DNA of 46,993 nucleotides from a virus (Duplodnaviria > Caudoviricetes). Position numbers and translations under genes: made by a program. The stretch is from IMG/VR virus record IMGVR_UViG_3300037483_000784, positions 1 through 46,993 of that record; one strand, 5' to 3'. Shown here piece by piece: positions 1-9,616 of this stretch. The number at the start of each line of letters is the position of its first letter. The first letter of the stretch is position 1. Under the pieces are notes generated by a model. That model ran no database searches. It was not told the DNA's origin and saw only the letters and a list, made by a program, of their open reading frames with translations.

Positions 1-485
1 GAGTTGCTGCTGATCTAATTTACGAATCGGATCTTTCTGTTCCTTGGGACATTAGCACCAGAGTTTTCTTGCAATCAATTGCGACTCAAGATGCAACAAC
101 AACGGGCATTTTCTTTAAGCCTGACGGGACAAAGATGTACGAGGCTGGTGCTATTGCTGATCTAATTTATGAATCAGATCTTTCTGTTCCGTGGGACATT
201 AGTACCAGAGTTTTCTTGCAATCAGTTGCAACTCAAGATTCCAACCCTTTAGGTATTTTCTTTAAGCCTGACGGGACAAAGATGTATGAGATGGGAGATA
301 CTGCTAATCGAATTTACGAATCGGATCTTTCTGTTCCGTGGGATATTAGCACCAGAGTTTTCTTGCAGTCAATTGCGACTCAAGATGCAACAACAACGGG
401 CATTTTCTTTAAGCCTGACGGAACAAAGATGTACGAGGTTGGTACTACTGCTGATCTAATTTACGAATCGGATCTTTCTGTTCCC
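1..485 (+). repeat. 147-bp coding tandem repeat (49-aa beta-propeller blades), last ~3.3 units
   Basis: ATQD-encoding unit starts at 81, 228 and 375, with exact 147-bp spacing and near-identical DNA. Confidence 0.95.
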
Positions 486-2978
486 TTTGCCATTGGCGGG
501 GTATCAGTGTACGAAGGCCGCATAACCAGTGATGCAATTTTTGAAAGCAGGTTCAGTACAGTCTTCTGGGGTGATGGGGGCGGCGATCCTGACTTTGGTT
601 ATCTTGATATCAATATCAATGATCAGTCGGCGCAGTACGTAAACTTCATCGCCAACGTTACACTTGCCACAGTATCTTTTTACAGAGTTAATGGCGGTGG
701 CAACATCCACCTGATAAATCAGTCGTTTGCCCATGAAATTGGATTCCAATCGGAAAGCGTGGGAAGGTTTAGGCTAGAATCGAAAACATCTCAAAGCCTT
801 TCTCTTCCGATAAATACTTATTTTTACGACAATGAAACTCCAGACCTTGAAGGAAAACCAGTTCCGATGTTGTGGGGGCCAGGGTCAACCGGTGGCATAT
901 CAGAAGCTCGGCAGATGTCTCCAACGATCCTTGTTGATACGGGAATAACCCCGAGATACGACGTTACTGATCTTCCAATCATCGACCTGACAGACACAGA
1001 CCAGGCCCCCTTGGATAGAGGGGTGGCGCTGGGACTTGCTCAATTTGCATTTGTTGATGGAGGTTTTACGCTGTCAGCAACTGCGGATGGGAGTGTAAGC
1101 TACTTTAATCCGGGCAATGGCGGCGTCGAAGACCCAAATGATGGGGCGGAACTGAAGGGATTGTTCCGCTTTGTGAGACTTGCATTGCAGCGCGTCGAAG
1201 TTTACGACAAGGCAAACATTGATCAGCTCATAGCCTTGTCTGATACACTGATTGAAGATGAATTTCCTCAGTTCCAAACTCTTGACATCGTCACCGTGAG
1301 AGATTTCTTAAATCATATACTCAACTCTTTCGGCGGCTATTATTTTGTTGCTCAGGACGGGTTAATCAACTTTGGGAAGCTCGGCGCACCAGAAGATGGT
1401 GAAACATTAATGGCGTTCACAGACCTTAACACGATCGGAGAAATTCAAGTTAATGATGACGCCGCGCCAGGGTTGTCTGACAGAATAAGTTACGGTGAAA
1501 ATTGGGGTGCGTTGAATATAAGTGATCTGGCGGGAAGTGTTCTTGCTGACCCAGAATTGATCATGGAAAGAACAAAATCACATTACGAAAAGATAACAAC
1601 AGAATCAATCATCAGCTTTTACCGAGAAGCCGAGTCAGCCCCCGCGATTCCATGGGCAGGAAGGTATCGCAATGCTGCAGCCGGTTTCTACGCTGATCCA
1701 CAAGCCCTAGCTCAGTATTTTACAACCGAAGCAGGCTCTACCCCTGCTGACGATCCCGGTGATCCGGTAGGTCGATGGGAGAGGCAGGCCGGATCATTCA
1801 ACTGGACAGCCTCCAACGCAGTACGGCCATCGCTGGCGGTGTTTCCGAATAGCCAGATCAGGAATAGGCTTAGTAATAACATGATGGTGGGGGCGGTTGC
1901 GGGGAGTCCGGGGACTGCGCCGACTGGATGGCCTATGGGCAGCACTGGCGGGGTGCTAACCAGAACCCTGGGTGCCGTGGTTGATGTTGTTGCCAGCGAT
2001 GGAAAAACAATTCGGTGCCTGCCTGTACGCTATCAATTTAGCGGCGCAGGAACGGCGTTCATTACTGAAAACACAAACACTTCTGTAGCTGCTGAGGTCG
2101 GGCAGGTGTGGTCGCTGTCTAATTATGTAGCGATTAGCGCCGGAACACTGACCAATATAACAGCGGTAGGAAATATCACCTCGGAGTACGATTCTGACGG
2201 GCTGTTTCTTGCTAATGGAGTCTCTAATTTTACTCCTGACGCTACTCTCACGCGCAGAACTCAATCCCGCACAACTACTAATGAGTCATGCGCATTTGTT
2301 GGATGTGGGGCGTATATAATCGCAAATGGAGCGGCAGACATAACGCTGCTAATAGGCCAGCCCCAGCTCGAACTAGCCGCCACCGCCTCCCCCGTCCAGC
2401 AAGTCTACGCCCTCAACAACGTGCTTGAGGCCGGCATCCCCAGCCTGTACCTGCCCTATGGGGATGGGACGGAGTGGATGACCGCAGGCACTGGCACCTT
2501 TGGCACGGCGAGCCTGTTTGCTGATGCGGGGCAGGCTTGGACGGTGTGGGGGGTGTTTAGGACACTACAGACCGCCAACGGGACCATGATTGCCAAGCGC
2601 GGAGCTGTGGGCGCTAATGGAGCGCTACAGGTTTACATTGTTGGTAGCACCGGAAGCATTGCCGTAAATGCCCGAGGAACTGATGCAAGCGTGAGCGGAA
2701 CAGTAGGATTAAATGATGGTGCTTTCCATGTGTGGGCGCTGCGGTGGAATGGGTCAGACCTGCAATTTTACAGAGATTCCGTAGCTGCACTTACTCTATC
2801 TGTTGGCGCAGCAGCAGAAGAAACACAAAACATCACGCTAGGGACTCGCACCGAATCATCACCCGTAGCTATATTCACCGGCCACAACGCCGCCGCCATG
2901 GTTGACTACGCCCTGAGTGATGCTCAGATGACCCAATTGATGAACTACCTGAACACCACTTACCGGAGCGGCCTGTAA
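1..2978 (+). CDS. Tail hub/tip protein, C-terminal part (5'-partial; continues from 45916..46993): last beta-propeller repeats, hub-like core, carbohydrate-binding-like insert and C-terminal LamG/ConA-like domain
   Basis: Frame is open from position 3, so the TTG at 69 is internal. Contains 49-aa repeats GIFFKPDGTKMYE..IYESDLSVPWDIST, a hub-like core (EGKPVPMLWG, GGYYFVAQDGLINFGKL) and C-terminal LamG-like motifs (LNDGAFHVWALRWNGSDLQFY, ALSDAQMTQLMNYL). Follows the tape measure gene across the circular junction. Confidence 0.75.
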   Translation, partial: VAADLIYESDLSVPWDISTRVFLQSIATQDATTTGIFFKPDGTKMYEAGAIADLIYESDLSVPWDISTRVFLQSVATQDSNPLGIFFKPDGTKMYEMGDTANRIYESDLSVPWDISTRVFLQSIATQDATTTGIFFKPDGTKMYEVGTTADLIYESDLSVPFAIGGVSVYEGRITSDAIFESRFSTVFWGDGGGDPDFGYLDININDQSAQYVNFIANVTLATVSFYRVNGGGNIHLINQSFAHEIGFQSESVGRFRLESKTSQSLSLPINTYFYDNETPDLEGKPVPMLWGPGSTGGISEARQMSPTILVDTGITPRYDVTDLPIIDLTDTDQAPLDRGVALGLAQFAFVDGGFTLSATADGSVSYFNPGNGGVEDPNDGAELKGLFRFVRLALQRVEVYDKANIDQLIALSDTLIEDEFPQFQTLDIVTVRDFLNHILNSFGGYYFVAQDGLINFGKLGAPEDGETLMAFTDLNTIGEIQVNDDAAPGLSDRISYGENWGALNISDLAGSVLADPELIMERTKSHYEKITTESIISFYREAESAPAIPWAGRYRNAAAGFYADPQALAQYFTTEAGSTPADDPGDPVGRWERQAGSFNWTASNAVRPSLAVFPNSQIRNRLSNNMMVGAVAGSPGTAPTGWPMGSTGGVLTRTLGAVVDVVASDGKTIRCLPVRYQFSGAGTAFITENTNTSVAAEVGQVWSLSNYVAISAGTLTNITAVGNITSEYDSDGLFLANGVSNFTPDATLTRRTQSRTTTNESCAFVGCGAYIIANGAADITLLIGQPQLELAATASPVQQVYALNNVLEAGIPSLYLPYGDGTEWMTAGTGTFGTASLFADAGQAWTVWGVFRTLQTANGTMIAKRGAVGANGALQVYIVGSTGSIAVNARGTDASVSGTVGLNDGAFHVWALRWNGSDLQFYRDSVAALTLSVGAAAEETQNITLGTRTESSPVAIFTGHNAAAMVDYALSDAQMTQLMNYLNTTYRSGL

Positions 2979-3004
2979 TCAGCGTGCCGCCATTGGAGAA
3001 ATGA

Positions 3005-3274
3005 ATGAGCTTTACACCTGATAATTTATTTGGCCCTGGAGCACTTCCGCTACAGGAGCTTAATCGTTGGTGGGAAGATCTTTATCCGCTGCGACGACGA
3101 TTTTATACATTTACGTTTTCGATGACTGAGATAGAGTCTTTTCCGAATTTGGGTGGTGTGATAACCCTGCAAAGTGACAGATTTAAACTGCTTGAGACTC
3201 CGAAGCCTTTGGTGATAAGACGAATGAAATACAATTATTCCAACGCAACAATTACAATAGAGGGGTGGGGGTGA
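3005..3274 (+). CDS. Small tail protein resembling the detached C-terminus of a tail hub protein
   Basis: GGAG RBS upstream. Sequence ..LYPLRRRFY..LGGVITLQSDRFKL..TITIEGWG resembles the WG-terminated end of siphophage hub proteins (recognition by eye). Confidence 0.55.
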   Translation: MSFTPDNLFGPGALPLQELNRWWEDLYPLRRRFYTFTFSMTEIESFPNLGGVITLQSDRFKLLETPKPLVIRRMKYNYSNATITIEGWG

Positions 3275-4287
3275 TGAGTGAGTGCGAACAAACATCATTA
3301 TTGAGCTATCAGCCCACAGTTAAATCTGTCTCGAATGAAGATAATGAGGTGGTGGCTATTTCTGGGATATCGAGCATCCGAAACCCAGGAGGCATGTTTG
3401 ATGAGCGCTTGTCAAATTTCACAATTTTTAACATCAATTCTGACACAATCAGTTTTCGTGTTTCTGTGAACTTTGACACTCCGGATTCAGCCAACAGCGC
3501 TTATGTAAATACATTCACGATGGCCCTTGTTGGTTGCGAGCAGCAAGAAACATCGAGCGAGTCGCTGATTCACCGCGATCAGGTTCTGCGCTGCGATCTG
3601 GAAACTACAGACTGGTTCACAGGCGACCCAGAATCAGTATCATCTGCAAAGGTATTCAACCAATTGCTGTATAACTTCATACCGCGTGAAAACAAAATAA
3701 TCTCTGGCGGCGCGTTTAATATAATACATACGGGATTCACAGCACTAAAGATCACTGGTGCCCCGACAAGGCGCGATGCAATATTTACAATTAGCGGATT
3801 GAGTGCAGGCCAAGTGAATATCGGTTATTTCTTCCTTGGCCAGGACTTACCATTGCAGCTTGACCCGACAACTTTTTCATGGCGAGCAAGAATAATAAAT
3901 GACAGATTTACATCAAGAAGCCTGTCATCTGTTTCAAGCGATGGCAGCATCCAACGATCCGCTGGGCTGGATATAATTAATATTCCACTAGAGCGGATGC
4001 ACGGGCAAACGGTTGGACTGAATCCAAACCCCGTTGCCGATGTTTCAAACTTTATGCGCGTCATCATGGCAAATACCGGGCAGCCGTTGTTGCTGAACCC
4101 ATACCCATACGCCGCATTGGGTCTTGGCTCATCAGTTGTCGATGACGACATGTTGTTTCTGATCCGGCAGAATTTCTTTTCCATCTATGGGTTCGCCAAC
4201 CAAGACATGAATTTTTTTCCAAGCAGGGAAGGGGGTGGGTTGCAGTCAAAATATAATTCAAGAATCGAATTCAACGAAACGAGGTAA
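3274..4287 (+). CDS. Putative minor/distal tail protein
   Basis: ATG overlaps the upstream TGA (TGATG). Beta-rich ~337-aa protein (VNIGYFFLGQDL, SKYNSRIEFNE) in the tail module. Confidence 0.55.
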   Translation: MSECEQTSLLSYQPTVKSVSNEDNEVVAISGISSIRNPGGMFDERLSNFTIFNINSDTISFRVSVNFDTPDSANSAYVNTFTMALVGCEQQETSSESLIHRDQVLRCDLETTDWFTGDPESVSSAKVFNQLLYNFIPRENKIISGGAFNIIHTGFTALKITGAPTRRDAIFTISGLSAGQVNIGYFFLGQDLPLQLDPTTFSWRARIINDRFTSRSLSSVSSDGSIQRSAGLDIINIPLERMHGQTVGLNPNPVADVSNFMRVIMANTGQPLLLNPYPYAALGLGSSVVDDDMLFLIRQNFFSIYGFANQDMNFFPSREGGGLQSKYNSRIEFNETR

Positions 4288-4290
4288 AAT

Positions 4291-4626
4291 ATGCCAGAGC
4301 AGCTTGGGGTTGAGATTCTTTTGATGGCGCTAAATATAATGGTGATCGCTATCACAGGGATGGTTGGGTACATCGTGAGTGGGCTGAAAAGCTCATACAA
4401 CAGATTGGAGCGACTTATGGTTGACATAGGAGCAAAGCACAACGCGCTGAAGGACGATCTTGCGGCGCACAAACTGCATGCAGCGGAAACTTTCGTTCGA
4501 AAGGACTCGATGCACGAATTGCGTGATGAAATCCTGCACAGGATTGATCGCATGGACAATGACAACAAGGGGATGTTTCGACACTTAGAAATTAAGTTAG
4601 ACAAAAAACAGGACAAAGTGATATGA
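4291..4626 (+). CDS. Putative holin/membrane protein (N-terminal TM helix plus coiled coil)
   Basis: Hydrophobic ILLMALNIMVIAITGMVGYIV followed by a charged coiled coil; first gene of the lysis region. Confidence 0.5.
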   Translation: MPEQLGVEILLMALNIMVIAITGMVGYIVSGLKSSYNRLERLMVDIGAKHNALKDDLAAHKLHAAETFVRKDSMHELRDEILHRIDRMDNDNKGMFRHLEIKLDKKQDKVI

Positions 4627-5027
4627 CTGCCACTGCCGAGTTTCGTTCGTCGCCTGCCATTGTGCAGGTAATACGCGACAAAGCTAAGTTCTTCCGCGTA
4701 GTGTATTACCCTGTAGTGTTTTACTCTGCAATTTTGAATCGTGAGCTGGTGGCTCCCATCGGTTTTGAAACTGACTTCGCCAGCATCCCGCAATTCCTAA
4801 AAGACCGGATCGAGGTCAACGGTAAACACCGTGAAGCCGCCATCATCCACGACTACCTGTGCATTCATCACCTGGCACTGGGGTTATCACAATACCAATC
4901 GGACTTGGTATTCAGAGAGGCAATGCAAGTGTTGGGTGAAAGCCAGTGGCGGATTGTATTGATGTACAACGGGGTAAAACTCTATCAAAAATTTCAATGT
5001 TGGAAAACAGGAGAGGCGTACAAATGA
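4623..5027 (+). CDS. DUF1353 family protein
   Basis: Signature motifs P.GFETDFASIP, AAIIHDYL and SDLVFREAM; this family is often found near phage lysis genes. Confidence 0.85.
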   Translation: MTATAEFRSSPAIVQVIRDKAKFFRVVYYPVVFYSAILNRELVAPIGFETDFASIPQFLKDRIEVNGKHREAAIIHDYLCIHHLALGLSQYQSDLVFREAMQVLGESQWRIVLMYNGVKLYQKFQCWKTGEAYK

Positions 5028-5236
5028 AAATGATTGTGGTTGTAGTGATGCTGATGGCCGTTACTGGTTGTGCCAATACGATTGACGTGTTGGAAGATGC
5101 CGATTACGTTTGTATCACTGGTGATGTGGATGGGTATTTTACCGATTCACGTGCATCGGGGCGCGTAGTGAAGGTGCCGGAAGGCGAGACGCTCACGCCA
5201 GAGCTGGCGGAGGTGTTGTGTGACGGCAGAGTTTAA
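5024..5236 (+). CDS. Small lipoprotein (possible spanin-like lysis accessory)
   Basis: ATG at 5024 overlaps the previous stop. Signal peptide MKMIVVVVMLMAVTG-C with a lipobox; lies directly before the endolysin. Confidence 0.65.
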   Translation: MKMIVVVVMLMAVTGCANTIDVLEDADYVCITGDVDGYFTDSRASGRVVKVPEGETLTPELAEVLCDGRV

Positions 5237-5612
5237 GTTTAGCGGGCGTTCTATCGAGCGTATGGAAGGTGTCAAGCCACAGTTGATACGGGTGTTCAAT
5301 CGCGGTCTACAGATCAGTCATATTGATTTTGGCGTCCCGCAGTATGGCGGTCTACGCACAGCGCAGGACCAGGCCGCTTTGTTTGCCGACGGCAAGAGTA
5401 AGGCGGACGGTGTGAAGAAATTGTCCAAGCACCAAAACGGCAACGCTCTGGACTTTTACGCATATGTGGATGGAAAGGCGTCATGGCAGGAAGAACATCT
5501 GACCCATGTTGCCGCAGCGATACTACAGGCCGCGGCGGAGTTAGGGGTCCCGGTGGAGTGGGGCGGCTTCTGGGAATCGTTCAGGGACATGCCGCACATA
5601 CAGCTGGCTTAA
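5220..5612 (+). CDS. Endolysin, M15 family L-Ala-D-Glu peptidase
   Basis: Motifs GLRTAQDQ, SKH..GNALD and WGG.W.SFRDMPHIQL, carrying the Zn ligands H/D/H. Confidence 0.9.
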   Translation: MTAEFKFSGRSIERMEGVKPQLIRVFNRGLQISHIDFGVPQYGGLRTAQDQAALFADGKSKADGVKKLSKHQNGNALDFYAYVDGKASWQEEHLTHVAAAILQAAAELGVPVEWGGFWESFRDMPHIQLA

Positions 5613-5625
5613 CGGTTGGTACTTC

Positions 5626-5683
5626 CCTTGTACACGAGCACGGGAGTCGCTACGGTAGTACCGCTTCAGGTTCGTGTACAAGG
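5626..5683. other. Hairpin with 12-bp perfect arms after the endolysin gene (possible terminator or RNA processing site)
   Basis: CCTTGTACACGA (5626-5637) pairs with TCGTGTACAAGG (5672-5683). Confidence 0.6.
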
Positions 5684-5686
5684 AAA

Positions 5687-5901
5687 ACGCGTCGTTGGGC
5701 GTAGCAGCTGTAGTACCATTGGGGACTTGTCGTTGTCGTGACGACCCGTGGTAGATACTCTGCTACAGCTGCTACAACTACAACAAACACGTTAGAAGTC
5801 CCGTAGGACGCGGCCTGTAGCTGTAGCACTACTTGTAGCACTAGACCCGCACAACAGCCGTTGACGGCAACGCCTAGTCTGTGTTCCAATCCGCCCTGCC
5901 C
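5687..5901. repeat. Iteron-rich non-coding element, copy A (candidate origin or recombination site)
   Basis: Many GCTACA/TGTAGC units; inverted homology to 26399-26570 with a 28-bp core in direct orientation. Confidence 0.8.
5861..5890 (+). promoter_or_regulatory. Putative sigma70-like promoter for the replication operon (class lacking -11A)
   Basis: TTGACG-18 nt-TCCAAT with extended -10 TG; shares TGTGTTCYAAT with the 19281 and 20468 sites. Confidence 0.55.
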
Positions 5902-5956
5902 TATTAGTACGTCAATATAGACGGAATCAAGGGATTAATTAGAGAGAATAGAGAAA

Positions 5957-7483
5957 ATGCTTGATAACGCCAACAGATTTTTGGGGCTGTTTCGCGGCAA
6001 CGAACGATCCCACGGGGTATACTTTCCGAAGACCGGAAAGGTGACAACGGTTCAAGCGAAGCCGTTATTGGAGAATTTCCAGGAACATATCAAGGGCAAG
6101 TTGGGTGTGGGGGTCGTGCCGATAATGGACGACTCGAATTGCTGGTTCGGGGCAATTGACATCGACGCACATGGTGACTTGCCGGATATTGATCTCGATG
6201 ATATAGAAGGGCAAGTCCGGAAGAATGATCTGCCTCTGGTGGTATGCCGGTCGAAATCCGGTGGCGTGCATTTGTACTTGTTTTTAACCGAACCCACGCC
6301 CGCCAAGTTGGTACGCAAGGTGTTGGCTAAGTGGGCCGCTTTGGTGGGGCAGGCTGGTGTGGAGATTTTCCCGAAGCAAGACAGTCTACCAGAATCTGGA
6401 GGAGAAAGGCAGTACGGTAACTGGATCAATTTACCCTATCTCAATGGTGAAGACAGGTACGCGTACGAAGGCGGCAGGCCGTTGACCCTTGGTCATTTCC
6501 TTGACATAGCTGAATCGCGACGAGTAAAGCCCGCAACCCTGGTGGAAAAAGCGGACGGCGAGCACGGAGAAGCTCCGCCCTGTATACAGAAGATGATAGC
6601 CAAAGGTGTGAGGCACGGGCAGCGCAACGAAGCGCTGTATAATATGGTGATCTACCTCAAAAAGCTGGACCCCGAAGATTGGCGCACTAAGGCGTTTGAT
6701 TTCAACGCCAAGCTTTTCGAGGAGGCACTACCACACGGCGAGGCAAAAAAGACGATAGAAAGTGCCGGGCGCAGGAGTTACAGGTACCGGTGCAAAGAGG
6801 AGCCATGTCGGAGTTATTGTAACAGCGCGGTCTGTGTACAGCGCAAATTCGGGATTACCCCGGAGGAAAAATCAGAACTTGATATAGGTTCATTGCCCGA
6901 GTTCAACAGGCTGGAGAAGTACACCACCGACCCCGTACGTTGGATTCTTTACGTGGACGGCACCCCGATAACTTTGGCCACCTTGGAACTGATGGATTAT
7001 CGATCGATTCGGAGGGCTGTTGCGGACAACCTTACCTGTATTATACCGCCGATGAAGAATGCTACATGGGAAGTGATCTTACACAATCTGATGGGCGAGG
7101 CTAAGATTATCGAGGCGCCGGAAGAGGCTTCTACGTACGGCTTTTTGAGGACGCGGTTGTACGAGTTCTTTCAGCGGACGGACTTGTCCTCCGAAGGCGA
7201 CAATATAGAGGACCGGAAATCTTTGCTCATGGGTTCCCCAGTAGTACAAGCTTTTAACAACCGGCGGTGTGTATTCTTCAGGGGGGCGGATTTTGTCGAT
7301 TTTTTAAAGAAGAACAGATCGGAAGAGATGAAAGGCACCAACTTGTGGATGGCGTTGCGCAAAGTGGGGGTCAAGCACGACAAGCTTAGAGTTGGCGGCA
7401 AGGTTGTGCCGGTTTGGTTTTTGCCGGTCACAGACGACGACTTTATTGAAATAGAAGCCAAGGGGATTGAACCAGAGCTATGA
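5957..7483 (+). CDS. Archaeo-eukaryotic-type primase (PrimPol) with Cys-cluster accessory domain
   Basis: AEP motifs AIDID, RSKSGGVHLY, EIFPKQ and GNWINLPY, followed by PPCIQ..GQRN..C..C...C....C. Confidence 0.85.
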   Translation: MLDNANRFLGLFRGNERSHGVYFPKTGKVTTVQAKPLLENFQEHIKGKLGVGVVPIMDDSNCWFGAIDIDAHGDLPDIDLDDIEGQVRKNDLPLVVCRSKSGGVHLYLFLTEPTPAKLVRKVLAKWAALVGQAGVEIFPKQDSLPESGGERQYGNWINLPYLNGEDRYAYEGGRPLTLGHFLDIAESRRVKPATLVEKADGEHGEAPPCIQKMIAKGVRHGQRNEALYNMVIYLKKLDPEDWRTKAFDFNAKLFEEALPHGEAKKTIESAGRRSYRYRCKEEPCRSYCNSAVCVQRKFGITPEEKSELDIGSLPEFNRLEKYTTDPVRWILYVDGTPITLATLELMDYRSIRRAVADNLTCIIPPMKNATWEVILHNLMGEAKIIEAPEEASTYGFLRTRLYEFFQRTDLSSEGDNIEDRKSLLMGSPVVQAFNNRRCVFFRGADFVDFLKKNRSEEMKGTNLWMALRKVGVKHDKLRVGGKVVPVWFLPVTDDDFIEIEAKGIEPEL

Positions 7484-9264
7484 AAATTGACTTTGTCAGG
7501 AACAGGTTCATAATAACATGCAGGGTGGCTGAAAATCACCTCGTAAAAACCATACCGAGTGCAAGGTTCGACAAGCGTACTGGTGCCTGGTCGGCGCAAA
7601 ACCTTAATCGTGTGTGCAGCGCGCTGATGGGGAAATTCAAAAGGTACTTGTCGCCCGAATTGCAAGCGATATGCAAGGTAACTTTGGACAAGACCAAGGT
7701 AAAATATAAGCCTTTTCCGGCATGGTACCGGTTCAAAACAAAACCGTACATCAAACAGAAAGAAGCTCTGGACTACACGTACAATTTGAGAAGGTCCGCC
7801 CTGTTCATGGGTATGGGGTCAGGCAAAACCAAGACCGCAATTGACAAGTTCAGTTGCCATTTCACGGAGGGGGCGATCGATTGTTGGATTATTCTGGCAC
7901 CTGTCAATATCAAGTCTACGTGGGCAAAAAAGCAAATCCCGCTACACATGCCTATTGATGTTCCCGTCTTCCTGCTCCCGGAGGGTAGACCGAAGCATGC
8001 GGATAAAGTAGTGCAGAAGGCGTCGTCGCTCGAACGATTTATCTTAATAGTGGGCATAGAAAGCATGTCTGTGGGGGAAAAGAAGGGGTCTGCTTATGCC
8101 TCTGTTCGCGATCTGGTGATCAACCGCAAGTATGGAGTGACCATAGACGAATCACACAACTGCAAGGGACACGATTCGTTGAGGTCCAAAAATGTGCAGC
8201 ACCTTACTGCCAACGCCGCGATCATGAACATAATGACGGGAACACCGCAATCCCAGGGGTTTGAAGATTTGTATATGCAGTTTGAAATTTTGGACCCCAA
8301 CATATTGGGCTTCGGAGACTTTTATTCGTTCAGGGCGCGTTACGCGATCATGGGCGGTTACAAGAACAAGCAAATAATCAGCTACGAAAACACTGAAGAA
8401 CTCATGGACCTGATCGCTCCGTTTACGTTCCAGTGCACCAAGGAAGAGGTTGTGGACCTTCCGCCCAAAATTCCGAAGACGGTTTATGTACAGTTGACTC
8501 CGGAGCAGCGCAAGCTGTATGACCAAATGGATAAAGAGATGGAGGTTGTGTTGCCCACTAAGGAAAAAGATATCGAAATTTACGTGCAGCACGCGATGGT
8601 AAAATATGGCGTGCTGCAACAGATAACGGGCGGTTTCATCAACTACGACGATGAAGAGTGCCCGATCCGATACATCGGCAAGGACGGTAACGAGAAGGTG
8701 AAGCTCAAGCGGGCCGCACAAATCCTGGTGCCGCCACTTAAAAATCCAAAGATCAAAGAATTGCTTGCAATCGCGCATGAGAATCCAGACAAAAGAATGA
8801 TAGTGTGGGCCAAATACCGCACAGAGATAGTTATGTTGAAAGAAGCTCTGGAGGCCACGTTTGGGGCGGGGTGTTGCAGCGAGTACCACGGAGGTATCAA
8901 GCCGAAGCTCAGAGACGCGGAAGAGGCGAAATTCCTGGGCGGCGAAACGAGGTTTATGTTGTCCAATCAGCAGACCGGCGGCGTTGGCACTACCTGGATA
9001 GAGGCGCTTATTACGTATTTCTATTCGAACGGATTTCGGATGATCGACCGTGAACAGTCGGAAGACCGGAACCACCGGATCGGAACCACCGAGTCTGTAG
9101 TGTACTACGACGTAGTAGCAGAGGACACCAAAGATGAAGATGTATTGGAGTCCATTGAAGCCAAGAAAGGTTTGGCTCAATACCTCAAAGACGGACTGAA
9201 GAAAAGACTATTGACAAGTGCACGGGCAACTGGTAGAATGTACCTTATCGAGGATAGAGATTGA
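7480..9264 (+). CDS. SNF2-family (SF2) helicase/ATPase
   Basis: Walker A MGMGSGKT, DESH box, MTGTP and QSEDRNHRIG. Confidence 0.92.
   Translation: MKIDFVRNRFIITCRVAENHLVKTIPSARFDKRTGAWSAQNLNRVCSALMGKFKRYLSPELQAICKVTLDKTKVKYKPFPAWYRFKTKPYIKQKEALDYTYNLRRSALFMGMGSGKTKTAIDKFSCHFTEGAIDCWIILAPVNIKSTWAKKQIPLHMPIDVPVFLLPEGRPKHADKVVQKASSLERFILIVGIESMSVGEKKGSAYASVRDLVINRKYGVTIDESHNCKGHDSLRSKNVQHLTANAAIMNIMTGTPQSQGFEDLYMQFEILDPNILGFGDFYSFRARYAIMGGYKNKQIISYENTEELMDLIAPFTFQCTKEEVVDLPPKIPKTVYVQLTPEQRKLYDQMDKEMEVVLPTKEKDIEIYVQHAMVKYGVLQQITGGFINYDDEECPIRYIGKDGNEKVKLKRAAQILVPPLKNPKIKELLAIAHENPDKRMIVWAKYRTEIVMLKEALEATFGAGCCSEYHGGIKPKLRDAEEAKFLGGETRFMLSNQQTGGVGTTWIEALITYFYSNGFRMIDREQSEDRNHRIGTTESVVYYDVVAEDTKDEDVLESIEAKKGLAQYLKDGLKKRLLTSARATGRMYLIEDRD
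9211..9239 (+). promoter_or_regulatory. Near-consensus sigma70 promoter
   Basis: TTGACA-17 nt-TAGAAT with extended -10 TG. Confidence 0.75.
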
Positions 9265-9265
9265 C

Positions 9266-9595
9266 ATGGATAATTCGGACCAAAACAAAGCACGGGTATA
9301 TGTCGTACAGGAGAACCGCCACGCTGATTATTCCGATGCAGAGAGGTTTGGCGAGGTTGTATTTATGACCGTCGACGAATTCAAACCACTAAACGCGTCT
9401 CTGCGTAACGAGGACATCAAGGCGGACATTCGGAAGTATCTTGGCTCATTCACCCGTGACGATTTCATTATTTTGACCGGGAATCCGACAATGATCGGGT
9501 TTGCGTTCCATTTGTGTGCCGCTGCGGGCGTGGTAAATGTGCTGCAGTGGGACAAAATCGACAACTCTTATAAACCATTCCAATTCCAATTTTGA
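9266..9595 (+). CDS. Hypothetical phage protein
   Basis: ATG at 9266 follows the GAGGATAGAG leader and the promoter; globular 109-aa protein. Confidence 0.7.
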   Translation: MDNSDQNKARVYVVQENRHADYSDAERFGEVVFMTVDEFKPLNASLRNEDIKADIRKYLGSFTRDDFIILTGNPTMIGFAFHLCAAAGVVNVLQWDKIDNSYKPFQFQF

Positions 9596-9616
9596 CGCGA
9601 CAATAGAGGATAGAGC

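Noticed and set aside
8152-9180. Long minus-strand ORF (342 aa) and other antisense ORFs
   Set aside because: They shadow well-supported + strand genes, show no recognisable motifs, and the genome is otherwise unidirectional.
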